A DNA stretch of 64,000 bases, from the NCBI RefSeq assembly GCF_964355755.1, contig NC_092673.1, positions 36,081,648 to 36,145,647 on the forward strand, read 5' to 3'. Below the pieces are notes generated by a model. That model had not been told where the DNA came from and did no database searches. It saw only the letters and a program-made list of their open reading frames with translations. Positions 38,701 through 51,000 of the stretch are shown here, piece by piece; the stretch's first letter is position 1; every line of letters begins with the position of its first letter. Source of the stretch: Antedon mediterranea. Lineage: Eukaryota > Animalia > Echinodermata. A program made the position numbers and the translations under genes.

Positions 38701-39427
38701 ATCTGGGCGCCGCTCAAACGATCTGGGTGCTGCTCAAATGATTGAGGATATCTTTGGATATCCACAACCTTTATAAAAGAAAATGTGTTTATTTTGGTTT
38801 ACAGTACAGAATGTAATTAAAAGTTAATAACCTCATTCTTTGTTTTCAGTTATAAAGCAAAGATTACAGATGTACCAGAGTCCATACAAGAGTGGAATTG
38901 ACTGTATGAGGACTGTTTGGCATAGTGAAGGCAGTCTAGCTTTCTATCGTAGTTACACTACACAATTGACAATGAACATCCCATTTCAAGTCATACATTT
39001 TGTGACGTACGAAATAGGACAAGAAATGCTGAATCCCACACGGAAGTACAATCCCAAAACACATGTTATTTCTGGCGGGTGTGCTGGTGCAATAGCTGCT
39101 GCGGCAACTACACCACTTGATGTGTGTAAGACTATGCTTAACACACAAGAGAGTTTAATTTTAAATAATAAAAACGGCACAAGTGTCGCAATTACTGGTA
39201 TGATTAATGGGATGAGGACACTTTATATGAAAGAAGGTCTTTCAGGATTTTTCAAAGGCTTGCGAGCTAGAGTAATCTTCCAAATACCAGCGACGGCAAT
39301 TTCCTGGTCAGTTTATGAATTCTTTAAATTTATGCTAACAAACCAAGTGAATACGACGGACAGTAATAATGGAAACGGGTTAGCAATGGCTAGTAGTAAA
39401 TTATCATTAAAAGGAGACCAGCAGTGA
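35701..39427 (+). CDS. SLC25A37: Mitoferrin (mitochondrial iron carrier; co-ortholog of SLC25A37/SLC25A28), 4 coding exons
   Basis: Exons 35701-35820, 36485-36704, 38157-38213, 38850-39427. [11 protein letters not shown]...[23 protein letters not shown]|[82 protein letters not shown]. Confidence 0.95.
38251..38778. repeat. 20-bp tandem array (about 23 copies), possibly the interior of a small TIR element, in mitoferrin intron 3
   Basis: Unit atctgggcgctgctcaaatg at about 38273-38745; the flanks ttttataaccggtgg and ccacaacctttataaaa are weakly inverted. Confidence 0.85.
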
Positions 39428-39513
39428 TTCTGAAGATTTCTACACTTTAATAATAAGATACTATTTTGTGTAAAGACACGTTTAGAGAGTTCAGCACTTT
39501 CTGCTGTACAACT

Positions 39514-39726
39514 TGTTACAATGGTATAGTTTACTGTGGGCATGCTTCAAGGCAGCTTGACCTCCAATAGATGATGTGTAGCATGTTACAATGGGATAGT
39601 TTATTGTGGGCATGCTTCAAGGCAGCTTGACCTCTAATAGATGATGTGTAGCATGTTACAATGGTATAGTTTATTGTGGGCATGCTTCAAGGCAGCTTGA
39701 CCTCCAATAGATGATGTGTAGCATGT
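39514..39726. repeat. 70-bp tandem repeat x3 just downstream of the mitoferrin stop
   Basis: gttacaatggtatagtttattgtgggcatgcttcaaggcagcttgacctccaatagatgatgtgtagcat three times. Confidence 0.85.
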
Positions 39727-40494
39727 ATAACATAGAAGAATAGAATACACACTATTTTACCAATGAACAAAGTAGTGCCTTGCAATAACCACAAATCATT
39801 AGTTTATGTAATACAGTAGTCAACACTATTTCATACTTTTTAAACATAGAGTACTGTTCTACTGGTTTGTATACAGCACTGTAGGTAGTCATTCACAATA
39901 AATCATGTTTTTGCTTCCAAATTGAAGATGTTTTAACATGGGGTTCTTACTGAAAATTATTGTGGATAGGTCATTAGTTTTGTTATTGTATTCTGATGCC
40001 TTTATCAACAATGGGAAAGTAATCTATCATATGTGGCCTAGCTTTATTGTGTGAGATTAACATTATTGTTTTCCTTTCATTTGGCAATCTAACTAACTTG
40101 AACAAATATGTTTTTGTTTTTCCCCCAAAAAACAACTGAAAATGAAATAATAGTGTAATATGGATTTGTGTTGCATTATTCAACTCACAAATTTGCATAA
40201 TGTTCTTGCATGTAATGTCAAGATATGAGGAATAATATAATTTAGTTTTGTGTATACTTTTCAGAAGCACACCAAATTAGCAAATTGTAAGCAGATTAAT
40301 AAGTTTTGTTGAATAACATTTACAGTATTCGTGACTGGTGTATTTGCACCTTCACTAAACTAAGATTTTATGTTGCTTGGCTGCAGTGTTACTATTTTGT
40401 ACATTGATTGTGCAATTAACAAAAGATATTACTGTTTGAAGTAAACTTATTTTGTTGTACATTAAAATGCAGTAAATATGTACTGAAAACTTGT

Positions 40495-40726
40495 GTTGGT
40501 TTAGCAAGGTTGAAACAGATAGATGAGGTTTCCCTATCAAAATGTTGCTAACATGAACACTACTACTTGGTTGGTTTAGCAAGGTTGAAACAGATAGATG
40601 AGGTTTCCCTATCAAAATGTTGCTAACATGAACACTACTACTTGGTTGGTTTAGCAAGGTTGAAACAGATAGATGAGGTTTCCCTATCAAAATGTTGCTA
40701 ACATGAACACTACTACTTGGTTGGTT
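40495..40726. repeat. 72-bp tandem repeat x3
   Basis: gttggtttagcaaggttgaaacagatagatgaggtttccctatcaaaatgttgctaacatgaacactactacttg three times. Confidence 0.85.
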
Positions 40727-41414
40727 CGTAAAGTTACATTTAATGTGTACATACTGTACAAGAAAAAAAGCATAGGCCTGTAGTTTAACTTTCATCGCAC
40801 AAATGTATGTTTACCAACAATAGTACAAATTATAAGAAATATATATATATTGTTGGTGGTGGTATATAATGGAATTTTTAAATAATTATAATAGTAGTCA
40901 TTGATTTAGAATGTAGAAAATATTTTATTAAGATTGCAAATTGTATAACATTGATATTAAGAGTACTATTTAGTATACAGTCCCTACTAAACAATATCCT
41001 ATTTTGTGACAAGCATGTAATATTCTTTTCTTTTAGGATCCTTTTTATAAAAAAAGACTGAAGTGACCAGTGTATTGTGTGATTACTATCTAACATGTGC
41101 AGATTAGTTTATCATTTTAACATTTACTTTCAAAAATGGTTTTTTTCTCACTATAATATAATGATATGCGATTTAAATATAATCTAGTATCATTGATGAT
41201 TGGAAACATTGATAAAATGTTGATTAAAAAAGAGTTGATTACAAAAATAATAATTTTAAATTGTCATGATTACACTGTACATTTGCAATAAAATATTGAT
41301 GTTACTAAACTTTACACATATTGTTTACATATAACATGAGTTATGACTTTTATCTTGGTAGCAGTTTATAATAATTCTTCTTGTCTTTATAAGGATTTTG
41401 GCATTGCTGCTAGT

Positions 41415-43440
41415 CTATGCTTTACTCAAGTCCTTATTTAGTGTAAATAGTTCTTCTCCTTGCTTTATAGCGTAATCAATGCCTTCACATATTTCCTGCC
41501 ATTTCTTTGGCACAAACTCCAATCCATAATAAGCTCCACCAATAGCACCGGCCATTGTTGCTATTGTATCTGTATCTCCATCCATTGTAATGGCGTAAAG
41601 TATGGTACGCACAAGGCCATTATCTGTTGGAATACTTTCAATGTGTTTAACTGATCGCAAGAAACAGAAGATTGCTGTAACTACAGATTGATGTGCTGCT
41701 ATGCCATTGCCTGTAAAAATATGAAATTAAACTTTACATATTTCTCATTCTATACACCATCAACAGTGTATGACATCCTTTCCCTTTAGAATATTACATA
41801 CCAAGTTGTTCAACCACTTTTTATTTTAAACTTTACATATTTCTCATTCTATACACCATAAACAGTGTATGACATCCTTTAGAATATTACATACCAAGTT
41901 GTTCAACCACCTCTTTATTTTCTACATTATTCCTTTTCAAAAATTCTTTTACAATTTTCAACTTGTTTGCATATACTGCTTCCTCAGAAACACGCTCATC
42001 AAATCTATTTTAAAAACAATAGAAAATAATGCAATCAGTAATTTTAGACATAAAGATAATATTTTATTTAATAATTTATTTTACTGAAGTAGAACAGAAG
42101 TAATAATTATACCTTGATTTTGTAGCTTCGCTGACTTCTTCTGCTCCTCCTTCAACATGTTTCATTATATCAATTAATCCATCAACAAGTTTATCTGTAT
42201 CGATATCCGTTCCATTGTCAATGTGAAGCACATTGTGGATTGCACAGCATAGTAACAATGCACCATTATATCCTAAGCTGTTAGAATGTGTTAAACGGGC
42301 AGAGTCAACAGCAACCTATGTAGTAGATCATTTGTTAAAATTATTGAACCTTTTTTGCCACTTGACAGTATCGCCATTTTAAATATGAAATGTGGAATCA
42401 TGTTTAGTTTGAATTCTTGTTGATCAAAGCATATTGATCGAAACATCGAGAAACTCAACAGTTATTTTCAGAACTAATACACGTGGTGTACCGCAAACTT
42501 TATATCAACAATTTTGAAAATCCACAAAGTTGGTCATTGAACCTACCTGTTTCATAGTTTCAAAGTTATTGTAGAAAGCAAGAGCAACTGGTGCTACTCT
42601 CATTGCTCCACCATTCCCATAAGATCCACTCCCATTAAATTGTGTTGTTGCTGGATGATAAATATTGGTTAATGCAGGGTCCGCTAATCTTTGAAATATA
42701 TCTGTTACATTTGCTCCATACCCTCTCCAGTTCTCCTTTACGTATTCATCATTGAATCTGCAATTTTGATTAGGAAATTCAAAATGATATATGCAGCACA
42801 GAAATTGAATGGAACAATAAATATGAAACATAATAATTATAATGTTGAATAGATTGTGCTACCTTTTAGCCATATCCCGTGCATTAAACTTGCATGTACT
42901 CTCTATGAGGGACTGAGCAACTGACCTGGCCATAGCTGTATCATCTGTAAACTTTAGTTTCTCTGTAAATGCAGAAAAAACACACTCACAAATGCTGGAC
43001 ACATAGATATATCAGTACCATAATGCAGGAGTGCAAGTATACAATTTATTAGGTTCAATTTAATGGTTTATTATTATAGAAGTGATTGTTGTTGTTCACT
43101 CACAGTATTATTTACTTATTCTATTATGTTCATTTTATATGTATGAACCCTAACCCTAACCCTAACCCACTGAAGTGGATTTTCTATTTTATGTATGAAC
43201 TGCCCACTGAAGTGGATTTTCTATTTTTACAATTCAACTTAAAGATGAGAAGGATGCATGAATCATTTGGAACGTACTAGAATCAAAACTCAACTCCTCT
43301 TCAAACTTGATAACCTTGTTGACACTTTCAACACCACATACTTCAAACGGAGCACCAAGGCAGTCGCCAGCAACTGCAGCTGCCAAACAACCCTGAAAGC
43401 GAGCCTTTAACTTGTGTCCCCATGCTGCAGTTGCAGACAT
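41415..43440 (-). CDS. ADPRS: ADP-ribosylhydrolase ARH3 (ADPRHL2), 6 coding exons
   Basis: Minus-strand exons 43440-43278, 42962-42863, 42757-42547, 42315-42113, 42004-41895, 41710-41415. ARFQGCLAAAVAGDCLGAPFE, FTDDTAMARS, RGYGANV, QFNGSGSYGNGGAMRVAP, SARLTHSNSLGYNGA, LGNGIAAHQSV, DGDTDTIATMAGAIGGAYYG. An acceptor at 43505 implies an upstream exon, so the start could extend. Confidence 0.93.
41728..41910 (-). repeat. Two-copy duplication (about 90 bp) spanning an ADPRS exon end and 5' splice site
   Basis: Sense-strand GTGGTTGAACAACTTG|gtatgtaatattctaaagg occurs at the true donor (41894) and again at 41801 inside the same 184-nt intron. Confidence 0.85.
43146..43168. repeat. Short interstitial telomere-like (TAACCC)n tract
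   Basis: aaccctaaccctaaccctaaccc, about 4 units of the TTAGGG complement, in an ADPRS intron. Confidence 0.7.
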
Positions 43441-43899
43441 CCCAAACCACCTCACCAAATTCAGCTTAAAAAATTTCTTTAAAAAACAAAGAAGATGCAA
43501 CAAACTGTTAATTCAAACAAACAATAGATTTACTACTACACACACTACAGCAAATATACTTATGACATGCAGCCTGAGTTATGATATTATATAATAACAA
43601 AAACTGACAGAATATATCACCAGGCTAGGGCCTATAATTAGGTTAGTACTACACTAGTACTGTCTGTAGTACTACTAGATAATAAGTAGTAGAGTTCAGT
43701 AGGTAGTACTTAGTAGTGGTGGTAGTAGGCCTTACTAGCTAGGCCACCTCTCTAGCTAGGCTAATCCAAATTTTCATTAGAATTCAAATTTTCTAAAATA
43801 TTTTTTAGAATATTCCTCCAATTAAATATTCCTCTCTTGGTTGGTAGAAAAATGATTAGTGTTTAAATATGCCTAGTTGTCCTACTATAAGTGTATTTG

Positions 43900-45031
43900 T
43901 GAAAGATATCAGAATGAGCAATCCGGGGTTTTCCCTTGCAACAGTAATTTTGTTCCGTGCGGTAGGGCGCCGTATACGTCGGGATGATTTGTGACGGTCA
44001 CTAGTTTGATCCCGAGTTTGATAAAAAAGTGCGATATGCCCAAATATGGTCGTGATATGACATCATCATGTCCCTATATGGCACATAACATTTTTTGTCA
44101 CGTAATTGATAGCGTAGACAGAGCTATAGCCTGGTGGGCCACCGGTAGGGTTCTCATGATTATCAAGTACATGCTAACATCATGTTTTAAATGCTATTTG
44201 GATCATGATTTTTTAAATCGTTCAATATGCAATTATTTAGTAAAAAAATGACAAATAGACAGTTCTTCGCATCAACTGCCTGGCGTATTGTTGTTAGGAT
44301 AGTTCATTAATATTGCAATAGTCAACTTTTTTCTAATAGAAAAAATAAATATTACAGGTAGTTGAATTTGACATTGTATAACATGTATTTTATAGTAATT
44401 TATATCATAAATATTACTTGACCGGGCGTAGATTAATATGCGGCAATGGCAAAGAATCTGTACTTTTTATTGTTTTAAACATTGTATTTCAAACTGCACG
44501 TGTATTAACAAAGAATTTCTATTTTTATATAAATTAGACCAATGAAAGATTAATTGAATACTAAGCCATGCTTGGTAACATGGATGATTTTTGCTGTAAA
44601 CATTTCTTTGTGAACTAATTTTATTTTAGTTATTTTATTTTATTCAATCGAAACCAACAGCAATAATTACCGCCGCTAACAGGTTGATACAAACAAAGCC
44701 AGGACTCAGCACCTTGGTTGGTCCTAACATGGTGGTAAAATAATTTTTCTATTTTCAATTTTTTAATGCACACTAGTATGTTATTAGATATTTTTCATGA
44801 GATGTTATATAATTGCAAAATATACTATCATTCTATTTAAATCAATGACTGTTAAGCACCTTGGTTGGTACATCCGCTAGGGCGGGCAGGCACCCATGCT
44901 CTAAAAAGTACACAGAGAGACTTTCCAATGCAAAAATCGCGTGACGTGTGTACAGTGAGTGGTGGCAGCAGATTAGCAGCAGCAGCACCCATGTGTTAAT
45001 ACACGTTGTGTGAACACTTTTTTCCTTCAAA
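43900..45031. promoter_or_regulatory. Probable head-to-head promoter region shared by ADPRS and MAK16
   Basis: Divergent genes with start codons about 1.6 kb apart; local CpG/GC enrichment at about 43920-44000 and 44870-44990, including cgcgtgacgtg at about 44938. Transcription start sites not determined. Confidence 0.5.
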
Positions 45032-48000
45032 ATGCAACATGACGATGTAAGTATTTCTTTATTTGGGATCTTCATTTAAACATTGATTTCAATATTAGTT
45101 TAATTTCTAATTTCTTATAATATCACTATCTAGGCATCTAGAATTTAAATTCTAGGCTAGGCTAGGCCTAGTCCTCGGAGGACTAGAAGTCCGTCCTTCC
45201 TTGTGTAGGATTAGGAACTAGGGAGCCTGACCCTGGGTCGATTCGTCCCAGGAACAATTCAACCCGGCAATATTATTGTATGTTATTAGCCTATAGTAGT
45301 AGGTAAATTAATTTTATACACAACAACTTCAAACACTTTCTCTTGACTTAGATTTATTTGCATTTTAAATCACAAATTGCATTTATGATTTAATTAAAAA
45401 CAAAGAAAAGTGGCTAACCACCGAAATGAGCCAGTTTCATTAAAACTTTACCAAAACTGTATCCAATTTAGTTTTAGATTGTCTTTTTCTGGTTCAGTTA
45501 GCCAGACAATAATTATGTTGTATGAATAAAAATGAAATGAATTCATTATTTTTTTTTAAAATAATTACTGTTGTCTTGTCACAGGTCATATGGAGTATTA
45601 TTAACACCACATTCTGCTCATACAAAGTGAATTCGAAAACAACACAGTTTTGCCGTAATGAGTATAACTTAACAGGTTTATGTAACCGATCAGCCTGCCC
45701 TCTTGCTAACAGTCAATATGCAACAATCCGTGAAGAAAACGGTTAGTTTAGTAGATTATACACTTTCAGTTTTGCCGTAATGAGTATAACTTAACAGGTT
45801 TATGTAACCGATCAGCCTGCCCTCTTGCTAACAGTCAATATGCAACAATCCGTGAAGAAAACGGTTAGTTTAGTAGATTATACACTTTCAGTTTTGCCGT
45901 AATGAGTATAACTTAACAGGTTTATGTAATCGATCAGCCTGCCCTGTTGCTAACAGTCAATATGCAACAATCCGTGAAGAAAACGGTTAGTTTAGTAGAT
46001 TATACACTTTCAGTTTTGCCGTAATGAGTATAACTTAACAGGTTTATGTAACCGATCAGCCTGCCCTCTTGCTAACAGTCAATATGCAACAATCCGTGAA
46101 GAAAACGGTTAGTTTAGTAGATTATACACTTTCAGTTTTGCCGTAATGAGTATAACTTAACAGGTTTATGTAATCGATCAGCCTGCCCTGTTGCTAACAG
46201 TCAATATGCAACAATCCGTGAAGAAAACGGTTAGTTTAGTAGATTATACACTTTCAGTTTTGCCGTAATGAGTATAACTTAACAGGTTTATGTAACCGAT
46301 CAGCCTGCCCTCTTGCTAACAGTCAATATGCAACAATCCGTGAAGAAAACGGTTAGTTTAGTAGATTATACACTTTCAGTTTTGCTGTAATGAGTATAAC
46401 TTAACAGGTTTATGTAATCGATCAGCCTGCCCTGTTGCTAACAGTCAATATGCAACAATCCGTGAAGAAAACGGTTAGTTTAGTAGATTATACACTTTCG
46501 TAGTTACAATGTAAAGAGCAAGAAGTATTTAGGTGCTTTAATAATAATACTGTAATAATGACATTATATGTTTTATGTTGATAGGTGTTTGACATTATAT
46601 GGATTATATGTTTTATGTTGATAGGTGTTTGACATTATATGGATTATATGTTTTATGTTGATAGGTGTTTGACATTATATGGATTATATGTTTTATGTTG
46701 ATAGGTGTTTGACATTATATGCATTATATGTTTTATGTTGATAGGTGTTTGACATTATATGGATTATATGTTTTATGTTGATAGGTGTTTGACATTATAT
46801 GCATTATATGTTTTATGTTGATAGGTGTTTGACATTATATGGATTATATGTTTTATGTTGATAGGTGTTTGACATTATATGGATTATATGTTTTATGTTG
46901 ATAGGTGTTTGACATTATATGGATTATATGTTTTATGTTGATAGGTGTTTGACATTATATGGATTATATGTTTTATGTTGATAGGTGTTTGACATTATAT
47001 GGATTATATGTTTTATGTTGATAGGTGTTTGACATTATATGGATTATATGTTTTATGTTGATAGGTGTTTGACATTATATGCATTATATGTTTTATGTTG
47101 ATAGGTGTTTGACATTATATGGATTATATGTTTTATGTTGATAGGTGTTTGACATTATATGGATTATATGTTTTATGTTGATAGGTGTTTGACATTATAT
47201 GGATTATATGTTTTATGTTGATAGGTGTTTGACATTATATGGATTATATGTTTTATGTTGATAGGTGTTTGACATTATATGGATTATATGTTTTATGTTG
47301 ATAGGTGTTTGACATTATATGGATTATATGTTTTATGTTGATAGGTGTTTGACATTATATGGATTATATGTTTTATGTTGATAGGTGTTTGACATTATAT
47401 GGATTATATGTTTTATGTTGATAGGTGTTTGACATTATATGGATTATATGTTTTATGTTGATATGTGTTTGACATTATATGGATTATATGTTTTATGTTG
47501 ATAGGTGTTTGACATTATATGGATTATATGTTTTATGTTGATAGGTGTTTGACATTATATGGATTATATGTTTTATGTTGATAGGTGTTTGACATTATAT
47601 GGATTATATGTTTTATGTTGATAGGTGTTTGACATTATATGGATTATATGTTTTATGTTGATAGGTGTTTGACATTATATGGATTATATGTTTTATGTTG
47701 ATAGGTGTTTGACATTATATGGATTATATGTTTTATGTTGATATGTGTTTGACATTATATGGATTATATGTTTTATGTTGATAGGTGTTTGACATTATAT
47801 GGATTATATGTTTTATGTTGATAGGTGTTTGACATTATATGGATTATATGTTTTATGTTGATAGGTGTTTGACATTATATGCATTATATGTTTTATGTTG
47901 ATAGGTGTTTGACATTATATGGATTATATGTTTTATGTTGATAGGTGTTTGACATTATATGGATTATATGTTTTATGTTGATAGGTGTTTGACATTATAT

Positions 48001-51000
48001 GCATTATATGTTTTATGTTGATAGGTGTTTGACATTATATGGATTATATGTTTTATGTTGATAGGTGTTTGACATTATATGGATTATATGTTTTATGTTG
48101 ATAGGTGTTTGACATTATATGGATTATATGTTTTATGTTGATAGGTGTTTGACATTATATGGATTATATGTTTTATGTTGATAGGTGTTTGACATTATAT
48201 GGATTATATGTTTTATGTTGATAGGTGTTTGACATTATATGGATTATATGTTTTATGTTGATAGGTGTTTGACATTATATGCATTATATGTTTTATGTTG
48301 ATAGGTGTTTGACATTATATGGATTATATGTTTTATGTTGATAGGTGTTTGACATTATATGGATTATATGTTTTATGTTGATAGGTGTTTGACATTATAT
48401 GGATTATATGTTTTATGTTGATAGGTGTTTGACATTATATGGATTATATGTTTTATGTTGATAGGTGTTTGACATTATATGGATTATATGTTTTATGTTG
48501 ATAGGTGTTTGACATTATATGGATTATATGTTTTATGTTGATAGGTGTTTGACATTATATGGATTATATGTTTTATGTTGATAGGTGTTTGACATTATAT
48601 GGATTATATGTTTTATGTTGATAGGTGTTTGACATTATATGGATTATATGTTTTATGTTGATATGTGTTTGACATTATATGGATTATATGTTTTATGTTG
48701 ATAGGTGTTTGACATTATATGGATTATATGTTTTATGTTGATAGGTGTTTGACATTATATGGATTATATGTTTTATGTTGATAGGTGTTTGACATTATAT
48801 GGATTATATGTTTTATGTTGATAGGTGTTTGACATTATATGGATTATATGTTTTATGTTGATAGGTGTTTGACATTATATGGATTATATGTTTTATGTTG
48901 ATAGGTGTTTGACATTATATGGATTATATGTTTTATGTTGATAGGTGTTTGACATTATATGGATTATATGTTTTATGTTGATAGGTGTTTGACATTATAT
49001 GGATTATATGTTTTATGTTGATAGGTGTTTGACATTATATGGATTATATGTTTTATGTTGATATGTGTTTGACATTATATGGATTATATGTTTTATGTTG
49101 ATAGGTGTTTGACATTATATGGATTATATGTTTTATGTTGATAGGTGTTTGACATTATATGGATTATATGTTTTATGTTGATAGGTGTTTGACATTATAT
49201 GGATTATATGTTTTATGTTGATATGTGTTTGACATTATAATGACATTATATGTTTTATGTTGATAGGTGTTTGACATTATATGGATTATATGTTTTATGT
49301 TGATAGGTGTTTGACATTATATGGATTATATGTTTTATGTTGATAGGTGTTTGACATTATATGGATTATATGTTTTATGTTGATAGGTGTTTGACATTAT
49401 ATGGATTATATGTTTTATGTTGATAGGTGTTTGACATTATATGGATTATATGTTTTATGTTGATAGGTGTTTGACATTATATGGATTATATGTTTTATGT
49501 TGATAGGTGTTTGACATTATATGGATTATATGTTTTATGTTGATAGGTGTTTGACATTATATGGATTATATGTTTTATGTTGATAGGTGTTTGACATATG
49601 GATTATATGTTTTATGTTGATAGGTGTTTGACATTATATGGATTATATGTTTTATGTTGATAGGTGTTTGACATTATATGGATTATATGTTTTATGTTGA
49701 TAGGTGTTTGACATTATATGGATTATATGTTTTATGTTGATAGGTGTTTGACATTATATGGATTATATGTTTTATGTTGATAGGTGTTTGACATTATATG
49801 CATTATATGTTTTATGTTGATAGGTGTTTGACATTATATGGATTATATGTTTTATGTTGATAGGTGTTTGACATTATATGGATTATATGTTTTATGTTGA
49901 TAGGTGTTTGACATTATATGGATTATATGTTTTATGTTGATAGGTGTTTGACATTATATGGATTATATGTTTTATGTTGATAGGTGTTTGACATTATATG
50001 GATTATATGTTTTATGTTGATAGGTGTTTGACATTATATGGATTATATGTTTTATGTTGATAGGTGTTTGACATTATATGCATTATATGTTTTATGTTGA
50101 TAGGTGTTTGACATTATATGGATTATATGTTTTATGTTGATAGGTGTTTGACATTATATGCATTATATGTTTTATGTTGATAGGTGTTTGACATTATATG
50201 GATTATATGTTTTATGTTGATAGGTGTTTGACATTATATGGATTATATGTTTTATGTTGATAGGTGTTTGACATTATATGGATTATATGTTTTATGTTGA
50301 TAGGTGTTTGACATTATATGGATTATATGTTTTATGTTGATAGGTGTTTGACATTATATGGATTATATGTTTTATGTTGATAGGTGTTTGACATTATATG
50401 GATTATATGTTTTATGTTGATAGGTGTTTGACATTATATGGATTATATGTTTTATGTTGATAGGTGTTTGACATTATATGGATTATATGTTTTATGTTGA
50501 TAGGTGTTTGACATTATATGCATTATATGTTTTATGTTGATAGGTGTTTGACATTATATGCATTATATGTTTTATGTTGATAGGTGTTTGACATTATATG
50601 GATTATATGTTTTATGTTGATAGGTGTTTGACATTATATGGATTATATGTTTTATGTTGATAGGTGTTTGACATTATATGGATTATATGTTTTATGTTGA
50701 TAGGTGTTTGACATTATATGGATTATATGTTTTATGTTGATATGTGTTTGACATTATATGGATTATATGTTTTATGTTGATAGGTGTTTGACATTATATG
50801 GATTATATGTTTTATGTTGATAGGTGTTTGACATTATATGGATTATATGTTTTATGTTGATAGGTGTTTGACATTATATGGATTATATGTTTTATGTTGA
50901 TAGGTGTTTGACATTATATGCATTATATGTTTTATGTTGATAGGTGTTTGCTTTTTGTACATGAAAACAATAGAGAGAGCAGCATTTCCATCAAAGTTAT

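Noticed and set aside
39415-39435. Iron-responsive element (CAGTGA loop) at the mitoferrin stop
   Set aside because: The flanking bases do not form the required 5-bp upper stem with a bulged C.
40355-40795. 146-aa minus-strand ORF with three internal repeats
   Set aside because: Caused by the 72-bp x3 repeat in the 3' region between convergent genes.
27056-43440. SGSH-AS3MT-mitoferrin-ADPRS as a functional metal or detoxification gene cluster
   Set aside because: Unrelated compartments and pathways with mixed orientations; the adjacency is adequately explained by a compact genome and inherited linkage.
18124-50950. Long regular arrays as CRISPR arrays
   Set aside because: Head-to-tail units with no unique spacers, eukaryotic intronic context and no cas genes.
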